From positions 96,001 through 160,000 of the forward strand of contig CAVURN010000002.1 of the NCBI GenBank assembly GCA_963743915.1: 64,000 bases of DNA, read 5' to 3'. The notes under the pieces were generated by a model. That model had not been told where the DNA came from and ran no database searches. It saw only the letters and a program-made list of their open reading frames with translations. Shown piece after piece: positions 22,327 through 34,499 of the stretch. This stretch comes from an uncultured Actinomycetota bacterium. GTDB taxonomy: Bacteria > Actinomycetota > Actinomycetes > JAHEKZ01. The translations under genes and the position numbers were made by a program. Within the stretch, counting starts at the first letter, position 1. The number at the start of each line of letters is the position of its first letter.

Positions 22327-23018
22327 CCACCTTGACCCCCACCCGCCTGGCCGCGATGCCGCGGGTCAACCTGCTCCCGCCGGAGATCGCGGCTGCGGCC
22401 CGGCTGAAGCGGACCAAGGCGCTGCTCGGGTTCGTGATGCTCGCCGCCATGGCGGCCGTCGTCCTCGTCTACCTCGTCGTCAGCAGCCAGGTCGGCGGCG
22501 CCGAGGAGGAGCTCGCGACGGCCCAGGCGCAGGGCGCTGCCCTGCAGAGCCAGGTGAACGAGTACGCCGAGGTGCCGGAGGTCCTCGCGGCCGTCGACGC
22601 CGCGCAGGCCAACCTCACCACCGCGATGACGCCCGAGATCCGCTGGTCGTTCTACCTCAACGACCTGAGCCTCTCGATCCCCAAGACCACCCGTCTGGCC
22701 AGCATGACGGCGGTGAACACCGCGGCCGCCGCACAGCTCGACCCCGCGGCCGCGGCCCTGAACCCCTCGGTGACACCACTGGGTGAACCCACCATGGGCA
22801 CCGTCACCTTCACCGGCAGCGCGACGGACTTCGACGCGGTCGCGTCCTGGCTGCAGACGCTCGCTCGTCAGGAGGGCTACACCGAGCCCACCGTGACCAG
22901 CGTCCAGAAGTCCGACGCCGAGGACACCGTCGGTGAGTTCTACGAGGTCGAGACCTCCACCGCACTGACCCCTGAGGCGGCGTCCAACCGCTACCTCCAG
23001 ATCGCGACAGGTGAGTGA
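22323..23018 (+). CDS. pilN: Type IV pilus assembly protein PilN
   Basis: VNLLP motif, single TM, coiled coil. Confidence 0.88.
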   Translation: MTTLTPTRLAAMPRVNLLPPEIAAAARLKRTKALLGFVMLAAMAAVVLVYLVVSSQVGGAEEELATAQAQGAALQSQVNEYAEVPEVLAAVDAAQANLTTAMTPEIRWSFYLNDLSLSIPKTTRLASMTAVNTAAAAQLDPAAAALNPSVTPLGEPTMGTVTFTGSATDFDAVASWLQTLARQEGYTEPTVTSVQKSDAEDTVGEFYEVETSTALTPEAASNRYLQIATGE

Positions 23019-23019
23019 C

Positions 23020-23686
23020 ATGACCGTTTCCCGGAAATGGACCATGGGGACGGCCCTGGTGGCGCTCCTGGTGCTCGTCGCCGGCTGGTTCCTGCTCATC
23101 GCTCCCAAGCGGGGCGAGGTGGCGGACCTGCAGGCGCAGGCCGACGAGCAGCTGAGCACCAACAGCTCGCTGCAGATCCAGCTCGAGCAGCTCAAGCAGC
23201 AGAACAAGGACCTGCCCGAGAAGCAGGCCGAGCTCGCCGAGCTGCAGACCCGCATCCCGGAGACGCCCGACCTGACCGGCTACATCCGTGAGCTGCAGGA
23301 CATCGCTCGCCAGGCGGATGTCGGGCTGGTGTCGATGACGCCGGCGGCTGCTGTCACGTTGGGTCAGCCGGTCACCGAGCTCGGTGCGGGTCTGGCACCG
23401 GAGTCGCTGGCAGCGATCGACGTCGAGGTCGTCGTGGAAGGTGACTACACCGGCATCGAGCGCTTCTTCAACGAGATGGAGACGACCGAGCGCTACACCC
23501 TGGTGGGCGGCTACACGATCGCCGAGGTCGAGGACACCGAGGACACCAGCGGTGTCGCGGCGCCCGACGCTGACCGCCACGATCAACGCCCGCATCTACC
23601 TGGTTCCGACCACCCCCGAGGGCACCACGACCACCGCGCCCGCCACCGCGCCGACCCCGGCGCCGACCACGGCGACCGCCTCCTAG
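23020..23686 (+). CDS. pilO: Type IV pilus assembly protein PilO (frameshift near 23563)
   Basis: N-terminal TM, coiled coil, RIP, VEGDY..IERFF; follows pilN. Confidence 0.85.
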
Positions 23687-23694
23687 GAGCTCCG

Positions 23695-24381
23695 ATGTCA
23701 GACACCATTGCGCAAGAGCCCCTCGAGGGCCTGGACGACACCGCGAACGCCTCCGGCGGCAGCCGACGGCTCCTGATGCTGGTTGCGGGTGGCGCTGCGG
23801 TCCTCGTCCTCGCCCTGGCTGTGTACTTCCTGTTCCTGTCCGGTGGGGACGAGGAGGTGGCCGGCCCGGCCGCACCCGTTCCCGCGCCGACGGCGCCGGA
23901 GAAGACCGACAAAGGCGACAAGGACAAGGCCGGCTCCGACGTCCCCAAGGAGGTCGACGAGGACTTCGCCGTGGGGCGAGACCCGTTCCAGCCGCTCGCC
24001 GTCGAAGCCATCGTCGAGGAGGAGCCCGCGGTCACCGACACCGGCGACACCGGCACCGGTACCGACCCCGTGACCGACCCGGGCACTCCGGCACCGGCGC
24101 CCACCGTGGCACCGCAGCCGGCGCCGACCGTCGAACCGACCACCACCTACCAGGTGAAGCTCATCTCCGTCGACCTGGTCAAGGAGAAGGCCACCATCGC
24201 GGTGGACGGCAAGCGGTACGTGGTCGCCGTCCAGGTCACGTTCCCGAACACCAAGACCGGGCCGTTCCAGCTGACCAGCGTCGGGGAGCGCCCCTCGGGC
24301 AAGGACACCGCCACGGTGGTGTTCGGCTCCGACGCGCCCGTCGAGCTGGTCCAGCGGGACAAGGTGACGTTCGAGAACTGA
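23695..24381 (+). CDS. Membrane-anchored PilP-like protein
   Basis: Single TM, disordered linker with RDPF motif, C-terminal beta domain; occupies pilP position. Confidence 0.6.
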   Translation: MSDTIAQEPLEGLDDTANASGGSRRLLMLVAGGAAVLVLALAVYFLFLSGGDEEVAGPAAPVPAPTAPEKTDKGDKDKAGSDVPKEVDEDFAVGRDPFQPLAVEAIVEEEPAVTDTGDTGTGTDPVTDPGTPAPAPTVAPQPAPTVEPTTTYQVKLISVDLVKEKATIAVDGKRYVVAVQVTFPNTKTGPFQLTSVGERPSGKDTATVVFGSDAPVELVQRDKVTFEN

Positions 24382-24395
24382 ACACTCACTCCACA

Positions 24396-24433
24396 GCAGA
24401 CGGACGGCCCGCGCGAGCGGGCCGTCCGTCTGC
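24396..24433 (+). terminator. Hairpin terminator closing the pilus cluster
   Basis: gcagacggacggcccgc-gcga-gcgggccgtccgtctgc. Confidence 0.85.
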
Positions 24434-24492
24434 GTCCGCACCTGAAGGGGGACGACCGGGACGTCCGGGTGCGGTCTGGGAGACTGCTCCTC

Positions 24493-25667
24493 ATGCTGCG
24501 TTGGTTGACCGCCGGTGAGTCGCACGGCCCCGCTCTCGTCGCGGTGGCTGAGGGCTTCCCGGCCGGCATCGAGGTGACGACAGCCGACATCGACCGCGAG
24601 CTGGCGCGTCGACGACTCGGCCACGGTCGTGGTGCGCGGATGAAGTTCGAGCAGGACGCGGTGCGGATCCTGGGTGGCGTCCGGCACGGTCGGACCATGG
24701 GCGGGCCCGTCGCCATCGAGATCGGCAACAGCGAGTGGTCCAAGTGGGACACGGTGATGGCGGCCGACCCGGTCGACCCGGACCTGCTGGCCGAGCAGGC
24801 ACGCAACGCGCCGTTGACACGTCCGCGACCAGGTCACGCCGACCTGGTCGGCATGCAGAAGTACGACCTCGACGACGCACGCCCGGTGCTGGAGCGGGCC
24901 AGCGCGCGCGAGACCGCTGCCAGGGTCGCGCTGGGCGCCGTGGCGCAGGCCTTTCTCCGCCAGGTCGTCGGCGCCGAGGTGGTGAGTCATGTGGTGGCCA
25001 TCGGGCAGGCAGAGTCGACCAGCACCGAGCCTCCGACTCCTGACGACCGGTCCGCCATCGACGACGACCCCGTGCGCTGCCTCGAGCCCGGGGCCGCGCA
25101 GGCGATGGTCGACGAGATCGAAGCCGCCCGGAAAGCCGGCGACACGCTCGGAGGGGTGGTCGAGGTCGTGGTGCACGGGCTGCCGCCCGGTCTGGGCAGC
25201 CACGTGCACTGGGACCGCCGCATCGACGCGCAGCTCGCCGCGGCACTGATGGGAATCCAGGCGATCAAGGGCGTGGAGGTCGGTGACGGCTTCGACCTCG
25301 CCCGGCGTCGCGGATCGTCGGCGCACGACGAGATCGTCCCCACCGAGGAGGGGATCCGGCGGGCGACGGGTCGCTCGGGGGGCACCGAGGGAGGCATGAC
25401 CACCGGAGAGGTGCTGCGTGTCCGGGCTGCCATGAAGCCCATCTCCACCGTGCCCCGCGCGTTGGCGACCGTCGACGTCGCGACGGGAGAGCCGGCCAAG
25501 GCCATCAACCAGCGGTCGGACGTCTGCGCCGTACCTGCCGCGGCCGTCGTCGCCGAGGCGATGGTGGCGCTGGTGCTGGCCAGAGCTGTGCTCGAGAAGT
25601 TCGGTGGCGACAGCGTCGCCGAGACCGCCAGGAACGCGGCCGCATACCTCGAGCACCTCAGCATCCG

Positions 25668-25671
<4 letters not shown>
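24493..25671 (+). CDS. aroC: Chorismate synthase
   Basis: [26 protein letters not shown]. Confidence 0.97.
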
Positions 25672-27744
<2,073 letters not shown>

Positions 27745-27761
27745 AGCGGACGGGAGACGCC

Positions 27762-28847
27762 ATGGCGGTCGTGCACGAGCAGCGACGGACGCGGCTGGCT
27801 GCCGCCCTCACCTCGGCCGAGCTCGACGGCGTCCTGGTGAGCCATCTGCTCAACGTCCGCTACCTCACCGGCTTCACCGGTTCAGCCGGCCATGCCCTGC
27901 TCGGGGCCGACGGCAGCTGCGTGCTGGCCACTGACGCGCGCTACGACCTGCAGGCCAGCGACGAGGCACCGGACGTCGAGCTGGTCATCACCCGGCACGG
28001 GCTCTCCGACCTGGCGACGCGTGCCACTGACGCCGGGTGGTCCAGGACCGGCTTCGAGGACCTGCACCTGACCGTCGCGGACTGGAGAACCCTCGTCGAG
28101 CAGCGCGACGGCGAGCGCTGGCACCCCTGCGGGCGGCTGGTCGAGGAGCTCCGCGTCGTCAAGGACGAGGTCGAGCTGGACGCGTTGCGCCGTGCCTGTG
28201 CGATCTCCGACGCTGCGCTCGCCGCCGTGCTGCCGCAGATCGTCCCTGGCGTCACCGAGCGCCAGGTCGGGCGATGGATCGACGAGGGCCTGCGGGTGGA
28301 CGGCAGTGACGGACCCGGCTTCGACACGATCGTTGCGGCAGGGCCCTGGGGTGCGGTGCCGCACCACCAGCCCTCCGACTACCCGATCGCGGAGGGTGAC
28401 CTGGTCACGATCGACTTCGGAGCCCGGGTCGACGGCTACCACGCCGACATGACGCGCACCGTCCTCGCGGGTGAGACCCCCGACCCGTGGCAGGCGAAGG
28501 TCTACGCACTGGTGCAGAAGGCGCAGGCGGCCGGCGTCGAGGCCCTGTCGAGCACGACCACGCCGGCGATGGTCGACGCCGCGGCTCGGCAGGTCATCGA
28601 CGACGGGGGGATGGGGGACTACTTCACGCACGGTCTGGGGCACGGCGTGGGGCTGCAGATCCACGAGGCGCCGTTCCTGGGGTCCAGCTCCACCGATAAA
28701 CTCGGGGTCGCCGTGCCCGTCACCGTCGAACCCGGGATCTACGTCCCGGGACGCGGCGGGGTGCGGATCGAGGACACCGTCGTCGTCCATGCCGACCACG
28801 TCGAGCGCCTCACCACGACCACCCGCGACCTCATCGAGCTCGGCTGA
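27762..28847 (+). CDS. Xaa-Pro aminopeptidase (M24)
   Basis: [32 protein letters not shown]. Confidence 0.93.
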   Translation: MAVVHEQRRTRLAAALTSAELDGVLVSHLLNVRYLTGFTGSAGHALLGADGSCVLATDARYDLQASDEAPDVELVITRHGLSDLATRATDAGWSRTGFEDLHLTVADWRTLVEQRDGERWHPCGRLVEELRVVKDEVELDALRRACAISDAALAAVLPQIVPGVTERQVGRWIDEGLRVDGSDGPGFDTIVAAGPWGAVPHHQPSDYPIAEGDLVTIDFGARVDGYHADMTRTVLAGETPDPWQAKVYALVQKAQAAGVEALSSTTTPAMVDAAARQVIDDGGMGDYFTHGLGHGVGLQIHEAPFLGSSSTDKLGVAVPVTVEPGIYVPGRGGVRIEDTVVVHADHVERLTTTTRDLIELG

Positions 28848-28881
28848 ACGGGCCGGCCCACCACTTGGGAGAGAACACACC

Positions 28882-29439
28882 ATGGCCACCACGAACGACC
28901 TGAAGAACGGCCTGGTGCTCAACCTCGACGGCGGCCTGTGGACCGTGGTGGAGTTCCAGCACGTCAAGCCCGGCAAGGGCGGGGCCTTCGTGCGCACCAA
29001 GCTGAAGAACGTGCTCTCCGGCAAGGTCGTCGACAAGACCTTCAACGCCGGTGTGAAGGTCGAGACCGCCAGCGTCGACAAGCGCGAGATGCAGTACCTG
29101 TACCAGGACGGCGAGGACTTCGTCTTCATGGACACCGCCTCGTACGACCAGCTCCACGTACCGGCACCGACGGTCGGGGATGCCGCGCACTTCATGCTCG
29201 AGGGCCAGACCGCCACCGTCGCCGTCCACGAGGGGACGGCGCTCTACGTCGAGCTGCCCGCCGCCGTCGAGCTCGAGATCACCTACACCGAGCCAGGGCT
29301 GCAGGGCGACCGCTCCACCGGCGGCAGCAAGCCCGCCACGCTCGAGACCGGCTACGAGGTCGCCGTCCCGCTCTTCATCACCCAGGGGGAGCGGATCAAG
29401 GTCGACACCCGCGACGGCAGCTACCTCGGGCGCGCCTGA
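28882..29439 (+). CDS. efp: Elongation factor P
   Basis: [26 protein letters not shown]. Confidence 0.97.
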   Translation: MATTNDLKNGLVLNLDGGLWTVVEFQHVKPGKGGAFVRTKLKNVLSGKVVDKTFNAGVKVETASVDKREMQYLYQDGEDFVFMDTASYDQLHVPAPTVGDAAHFMLEGQTATVAVHEGTALYVELPAAVELEITYTEPGLQGDRSTGGSKPATLETGYEVAVPLFITQGERIKVDTRDGSYLGRA

Positions 29440-29442
29440 CCT

Positions 29443-29835
29443 GTGGGCGCCCGGCACAAGGCGCGCAAACGCGCCCTCGACATCCTGTTCGAGGCCGACC
29501 AGCGTGGAGAGCCGATCGACAACGTGCTCGCCGACCGGGCGGCCCGTGGGGACGCGGCGGCCAACCCGTACACGCAGACGCTGGTGGCGGGCTTCGTCGC
29601 CCATCGGGACGAGATCGACGCGCTGATCGCCGAGCATGCGGTCGACTGGCCGCTGGACCGGATGCCGGCGGTCGACCGGGCGCTGCTGCGCCTGGCCACC
29701 TACGAGCTGCGCTGGGGCGACGAGGTCAGCCCGGCCGTGGCCATCGACGAGGCGGTCGAGCTGGCCAAGGAGCTGTCCACCGACGAGTCCCCGGGCTTCG
29801 TCAACGGAGTCCTGGGCCGCATCGCCGCCCCCTGA
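29443..29835 (+). CDS. nusB: Transcription antitermination factor NusB
   Basis: RHKARKRA, DRALLRL, EAVELAK, FVNGVL. Confidence 0.96.
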   Translation: MGARHKARKRALDILFEADQRGEPIDNVLADRAARGDAAANPYTQTLVAGFVAHRDEIDALIAEHAVDWPLDRMPAVDRALLRLATYELRWGDEVSPAVAIDEAVELAKELSTDESPGFVNGVLGRIAAP

Positions 29836-29948
29836 CCCCTTGGTGGGTGCGGTGCCACACCGCCTCCGTTCTACGAAGGGCTCGCCGCACCCATGGGCCC
29901 GCGGGGAGCATCTCAGCACCCCATCGGGACCCCCAACCGCCCCAGAAG

Positions 29949-30030
29949 TGCCCCGGGAGGGACTCGAACCCTCATGCCTCTCGGCAACGGATTTTGAGTC
30001 CGCCGCGTCTGCCAGTTCCGCCACCGGGGC
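29949..30030 (-). tRNA. tRNA-Leu(CAA), CCA not encoded
   Basis: GCCCCGG acceptor stem, anticodon arm GCGGA-CTCAAAA-TCCGT, long variable arm, GGTTCGAGTCC T-arm. Confidence 0.96.
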
Positions 30031-30234
30031 GCCAGCCGCTCACTGTAGTGAGCCACCGCCGGTGCCGTTCCACGAGGCGGTGACCCGGCGCGTCCTAGGT
30101 CACGATGCCGCAACGACCCGGCCACGGACGGCTACCGCGGGCTGCATCGGGCCCTGCGGGGGGCTAGTTTTCGGTGATCAACCGGTGAAACGCCGGGACC
30201 GGGGCCACCAGGCCCGATCGGCAAGGAGTGATGA

Positions 30235-31602
30235 ATGATCCGAGCAAACGCCACCTGGCGTCTGGTCGCGGTCGCGGGTGCTGCGGGGCTCGTGCTCGCG
30301 GCCTGCGGCAGCGACGACGGCGGGGAGACCACGGACGACGGCGGCGAACCCGCGGCGACCGGCACCCCCCTGTACTTCGTCGACGGAAACCTCGGCAACG
30401 GCCCCCTGGGCGAGCTCGCCCCCGGCACCCTCGAGGGTTCCAAGGGAACGCTGCCAGGTGCCCAGATCGACGACACGCTGAAGGAGCGCCTCAACGAGGT
30501 CGACCCGAAGCTGAAGAAGATCGGGTACTCGTACTCGCCCGAGTCGTACGACGCGGTCATCGTGGTCGCGCTCGCTGCCCAGCAGGCCAACTCGGATGCG
30601 GGCAAGGACATGGCTGCCGAGATGCAAGAGGTCTCGGCCAACGGCACCAAGTGCACCACGTTCGCCGAGTGCAACGCGCTCATCGCTGACGGCGAGGACA
30701 TCGACTACGACGGAGTCTCCGGCCCGATCGAGTTCGACTCCTTCGGTGACCCGACCTCGGCGTCCATCGGCATCTACCAGTACGACGCGCAGAACACCGT
30801 GCCTGGCTACAACGCCGACGGCGAGGCCCTGTCGTACCAGTCCGGTGACATCGCCCCCACCGAGGGCACCCCGCCGGCGCTGACCGACAAGACCAACTCG
30901 GGTGCTGACGGACAGCTGCAGATCGGTGGCTACCTGCCACTGACCGGTTCGCTCGCGTCCCTCGGCCCGCCCGAGGTCGCTGCCGTCGAGCTCGCGATCA
31001 GCGAGGTCAACGACGAGGGTGGCGTGCTGGGCAAGCCGATCGAGTGGTTCCCCGGTGACTCCAGCGACTCAGCCAACTTCGACAAGGGCGCGCAGACCAT
31101 CCAGGGCCACATCGCCAAGGGTGTCGACGCCATCGTCGGTGCTGCGTCGTCCAGCGTGAGCCTCAACACGCTCAAGCAGGTCACCGACGCCGGCATCCTG
31201 CAGATCTCGCCGGCGAACACCTCACCGGACCTGACCACGGCCAAGGACGGTGGGCTGTACTTCCGCACCGCTCCGTCGGACGTGCTCCAGGGCCGCGTGC
31301 TCGCCGACCTGCTGCTCGCCGATGGTCACACCAACGTCGCGATCATCTCGCTGCAGGACGCCTACGGCGAGGGTCTGGCGAAGTACACCACCATCCCGTT
31401 CGAGGAGGGTGGCGGCACGGTCGTGACCGAGCCGGACACCGAGGAGAAGGCCATCTTCTACGACCCCACCGCGCAGTCGTTCACCGCGGAGGTCACCGAG
31501 ATCGCCGGCCTCGACCCCGACGCCATCGTGCTCATCGGCTTCGATGAGAGCGCGAAGGTCGTCGAGGAGCTGGTCAAGCAGGGCATCGGTCCGAACAGCT
31601 GA
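30235..31602 (+). CDS. Branched-chain amino acid ABC transporter substrate-binding lipoprotein (LivJ-like), apparently circularly permuted
   Basis: LAAC lipobox; IGGYLPLTG, GGVLG, GAASS, ISPANTS, FRTAPSD in the C-terminal part, ESYDA and GPIEFD in the N-terminal part. Confidence 0.88.
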   Translation: MIRANATWRLVAVAGAAGLVLAACGSDDGGETTDDGGEPAATGTPLYFVDGNLGNGPLGELAPGTLEGSKGTLPGAQIDDTLKERLNEVDPKLKKIGYSYSPESYDAVIVVALAAQQANSDAGKDMAAEMQEVSANGTKCTTFAECNALIADGEDIDYDGVSGPIEFDSFGDPTSASIGIYQYDAQNTVPGYNADGEALSYQSGDIAPTEGTPPALTDKTNSGADGQLQIGGYLPLTGSLASLGPPEVAAVELAISEVNDEGGVLGKPIEWFPGDSSDSANFDKGAQTIQGHIAKGVDAIVGAASSSVSLNTLKQVTDAGILQISPANTSPDLTTAKDGGLYFRTAPSDVLQGRVLADLLLADGHTNVAIISLQDAYGEGLAKYTTIPFEEGGGTVVTEPDTEEKAIFYDPTAQSFTAEVTEIAGLDPDAIVLIGFDESAKVVEELVKQGIGPNS

Positions 31603-31624
31603 TGCGCTGACGACGCAAGTCAGA

Positions 31625-31656
31625 AGAAGGGGCCCGGCTCACGCCGGGCCCCTTCT
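31625..31656. terminator. Bidirectional terminator between convergent liv genes
   Basis: agaaggggcccggc-tcac-gccgggccccttct. Confidence 0.85.
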
Positions 31657-31715
31657 GCGTGTCTCGGGAAAGGCACGCCGACGACAGCTCTGCTCGCGGG
31701 GGGAGGGGAGGGTGG

Positions 31716-32552
31716 TCAGGCTTTGGCGAGGGTGCCCAGGTAGAGCTCGATGACCTTGGGATCCTCGAGCAGTCCGAGGCCGGTGCCGGTGTAGGCATTG
31801 CGCCCTTGGTCGAGGACATATCCCCGGTCACAGATCTGCAGGCATCGCCGGGCGTTCTGCTCGACCATGATGACGGTGACGCCGACGGCGTTGATCTGCT
31901 TGGTGCGGATGAACACCTCGTCCTGCAGCACCGGTGAGAGCCCGGCGGAGGGCTCGTCGAGAAGGATGACCGACGGGTCCATCATCAGGGCGCGGCTCAT
32001 GGCGACCATCTGCCGCTCGCCGCCGGACAGGGAGCCGGCCGGCTGCTTGCGGCGATCGGCGAGCGCGGGGAAGAGCGAGGCGACGAACTCGAACCGCTCC
32101 TTGAACTTCTGGGGTGCCTGGAACGCCCCCATCTGCAGGTTCTCCTCGATGGTCAGGCTCGGGAACACGTTGTTGGTCTGAGGGACGAACCCGATGCCCT
32201 GGCTGACGAGCTGGTTCGGCTTGACGTTGGTGATGTCCTTGCCGCCGAGCGTCACCGCACCTGAACGGACGTTGACGAGGCCAAAGAGCGCCTTCAGCAG
32301 GGTGGACTTACCGGCTCCGTTGGGGCCGATGATGCCGACGAGCTCCCCCTCCTTCGCGTAGAGGTCACAGCCGGTCAGGATGTCGACCCCAGGAAGGTAC
32401 CCCGCGACGAGATTGTCGGCGACGACCAGCGCGCCCTCGGCCCCCGCCAGATGGGCTGTGCGGTCGATTGCCGGACGCGTGTGGTCGTGGTCCTGCAGCA
32501 GTGCTTCCTCTGCGCGGTTGATGTCGCCCGCGGTCATGTCATCACTGGTCAC
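31716..32552 (-). CDS. livF: Branched-chain amino acid ABC transporter ATPase LivF
   Basis: GPNGAGKST, LSGGERQM, LDEPSAGL, VEQN. Confidence 0.92.
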   Translation of the reverse strand: MTSDDMTAGDINRAEEALLQDHDHTRPAIDRTAHLAGAEGALVVADNLVAGYLPGVDILTGCDLYAKEGELVGIIGPNGAGKSTLLKALFGLVNVRSGAVTLGGKDITNVKPNQLVSQGIGFVPQTNNVFPSLTIEENLQMGAFQAPQKFKERFEFVASLFPALADRRKQPAGSLSGGERQMVAMSRALMMDPSVILLDEPSAGLSPVLQDEVFIRTKQINAVGVTVIMVEQNARRCLQICDRGYVLDQGRNAYTGTGLGLLEDPKVIELYLGTLAKA

Positions 32553-33510
32553 GATGGTCCTCCGGACGTGCTGCCTCGGCCTCGAGGATCTCTGGTGCGT
32601 CGATCCCCTCCTCCTCGGCGATCTCGGCAAGGGACTGGTCGTGGTGAGCCCCGAGGTATGCGTCGATGACCCGCTGGTCCGCCATGACCTCGAGCGGGGG
32701 GCCCTCCGCGATCACCGCGCCCTGTGCCATCACGATGACCCAGTCGGAGATGTCGCGCACCATGTCCATGTCATGCTCGACGAACAGCACCGTCATGCCC
32801 TGCTCGCGCAGATCCTTGACGTGGCCCAGCAAGGACTGCGTCAGCGCAGGGTTCACGCCCGCCATGGGCTCGTCCAACATGACCAGCTCGGGCTCGACCA
32901 TCAGGGCCCGGGCCATCTCGAGCAGCTTGCGCTGTCCGCCCGACAGTGACCCGGCGAAGTCCTCACGCTTGGTGTCGAGCTTGAACCGGGCCAGCAGCTC
33001 GTCGGCTCGCTCGGTGATCTGCCGCTCCTGCTTGCGCCACAGCGTGGGGATGATGCTGGAGAGCAGCTTCTCCCCGCGCTGTGCCGTGGCGCCCAGGCGC
33101 ATGTTCTCGATGACCGTCATCTTCGAGAGCACCTTGGTCAGCTGGAAGGTCCGCACCATCCCCATGCGCGCCACCTTGTAGGGCGGGACGCCACTGAGGG
33201 AGGTGCCGTTGAACGACCAGGCGCCCTCATCGGGCTTGTCGAAGCCGGTCAGCAGGTTGAAGAAGGTCGTCTTGCCGGCACCGTTCGGCCCGATCAGAGC
33301 GGTGATGGCGTTGCGCTGGACCTCGATGTGATCGACGTTGACGGCCGTCAGCCCGCCGAACCGGCGCACGACGCCGTCGGCGATGAGCACGGGATCGGGT
33401 TTGGCAGCCCCGGGCTCGCGCGGGACGTCGGCGAGGGCCGCGGTCGCGGCGTCCTTGTAGGTCGTCGTCGTCACGGCAGCTCCGGGGGCAGGCGGGGTCT
33501 CAGCGGGCAT
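32542..33510 (-). CDS. livG: Branched-chain amino acid ABC transporter ATPase LivG
   Basis: FGGLTAV, GPNGAGKTT, RTFQ, VIDAYLG. Confidence 0.92.
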   Translation of the reverse strand: MPAETPPAPGAAVTTTTYKDAATAALADVPREPGAAKPDPVLIADGVVRRFGGLTAVNVDHIEVQRNAITALIGPNGAGKTTFFNLLTGFDKPDEGAWSFNGTSLSGVPPYKVARMGMVRTFQLTKVLSKMTVIENMRLGATAQRGEKLLSSIIPTLWRKQERQITERADELLARFKLDTKREDFAGSLSGGQRKLLEMARALMVEPELVMLDEPMAGVNPALTQSLLGHVKDLREQGMTVLFVEHDMDMVRDISDWVIVMAQGAVIAEGPPLEVMADQRVIDAYLGAHHDQSLAEIAEEEGIDAPEILEAEAARPEDHRDQ

Positions 33511-34489
33511 CGAGGGCGATCTCCCTCCGGTCTCCGAGGATTCCCTGCGGTCGGTAGATCATCAGCAGCATGAGTCCGACGCCGACGAGCACGAGACGGA
33601 CCTGCGCGGTCTCACTGCTGTCGAGGAAGGTGATGTAGTCGGCGCGGACGGCTTCCTTGAGCGCCTGGTCGACGAACTGGAAGAGGAAGGCGAAGATCAC
33701 GACGCCCAGGACAGGCCCCATGACCCGCGCCGCACCACCGAGGATCAGGATCGTGTAGATCGCGAAGGTGAGGGCGGTGGCGTAGGTGTCGGGCGACACG
33801 GCGTTGAAGAAGACCCCGAGGATGAACCCGCCGAAGCCGGCCACCACGGCGCCCAGGACCAGCGCCTGCATCTTGTACCAGTACACGTTCTTGCCGAGGC
33901 TTCGCACGGCGTCCTCGTCCTCGCGGATCCCCTTGAGCACCCGTCCCCACGGGCTGTGCACGAGCAGGTATGTGAAGACCGAGAACACGAGGATCAGCGT
34001 CCACCCCACGATCATCACCCACAGCTCCTGCTCGCTGAACAGGAACGGTCCCCAGTTCACCCTGGTCCCCTCGGGCACCGGGCTCAGCTCGTAGAACCGC
34101 TCGGCGAACTGCTGCAGTCCGTCCGAACCACCGAGGTCGTCCTTGAACTTCACCGAGCGGACGATGAGCCGTACCACTTCGGCCGCTGCGATCGTGACGA
34201 TCGCCAGGTAGTCCGCCCGTAGTCGCAGGGTGGGGATGCCCAGGAGCATCGCCAGGACGATGGTGGCCACCAGCCCCACGAACAGGCCCGCCCAGAAGGA
34301 GAGCCCGAAGGTCGTCACCGACACCGCGAGGCCGTAGCCTGCGGCGGCCAGGAAGGCGGCCTGGCCGAAGTTCAGCAGGCCGGTGTACCCGAACTGCATG
34401 TTCAGGCCGATGGCGGCCAGGCAGTACGCGACCGAGATGGCGCCGAGGGCGTAGGACACCGACGCGGTGAAGATGAAGTCCCAGTCCAT
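33500..34489 (-). CDS. livM: Branched-chain amino acid ABC permease LivM
   Basis: GYTGLLNFG, LRLRADYLAIVT, IREDE. Confidence 0.92.
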   Translation of the reverse strand: MDWDFIFTASVSYALGAISVAYCLAAIGLNMQFGYTGLLNFGQAAFLAAAGYGLAVSVTTFGLSFWAGLFVGLVATIVLAMLLGIPTLRLRADYLAIVTIAAAEVVRLIVRSVKFKDDLGGSDGLQQFAERFYELSPVPEGTRVNWGPFLFSEQELWVMIVGWTLILVFSVFTYLLVHSPWGRVLKGIREDEDAVRSLGKNVYWYKMQALVLGAVVAGFGGFILGVFFNAVSPDTYATALTFAIYTILILGGAARVMGPVLGVVIFAFLFQFVDQALKEAVRADYITFLDSSETAQVRLVLVGVGLMLLMIYRPQGILGDRREIALDAR

Positions 34490-34499
34490 CGTGGCCTCC

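Noticed and set aside
23011-24381. 456 aa PilO-PilP fusion ORF
   Set aside because: Frameshift near 23563; PilO ends at TAG 23686 and the next gene has its own RBS and ATG.
29836-30030. tRNA as an integration site of a genomic island
   Set aside because: No integrase and no duplicated tRNA 3' end seen in the window.
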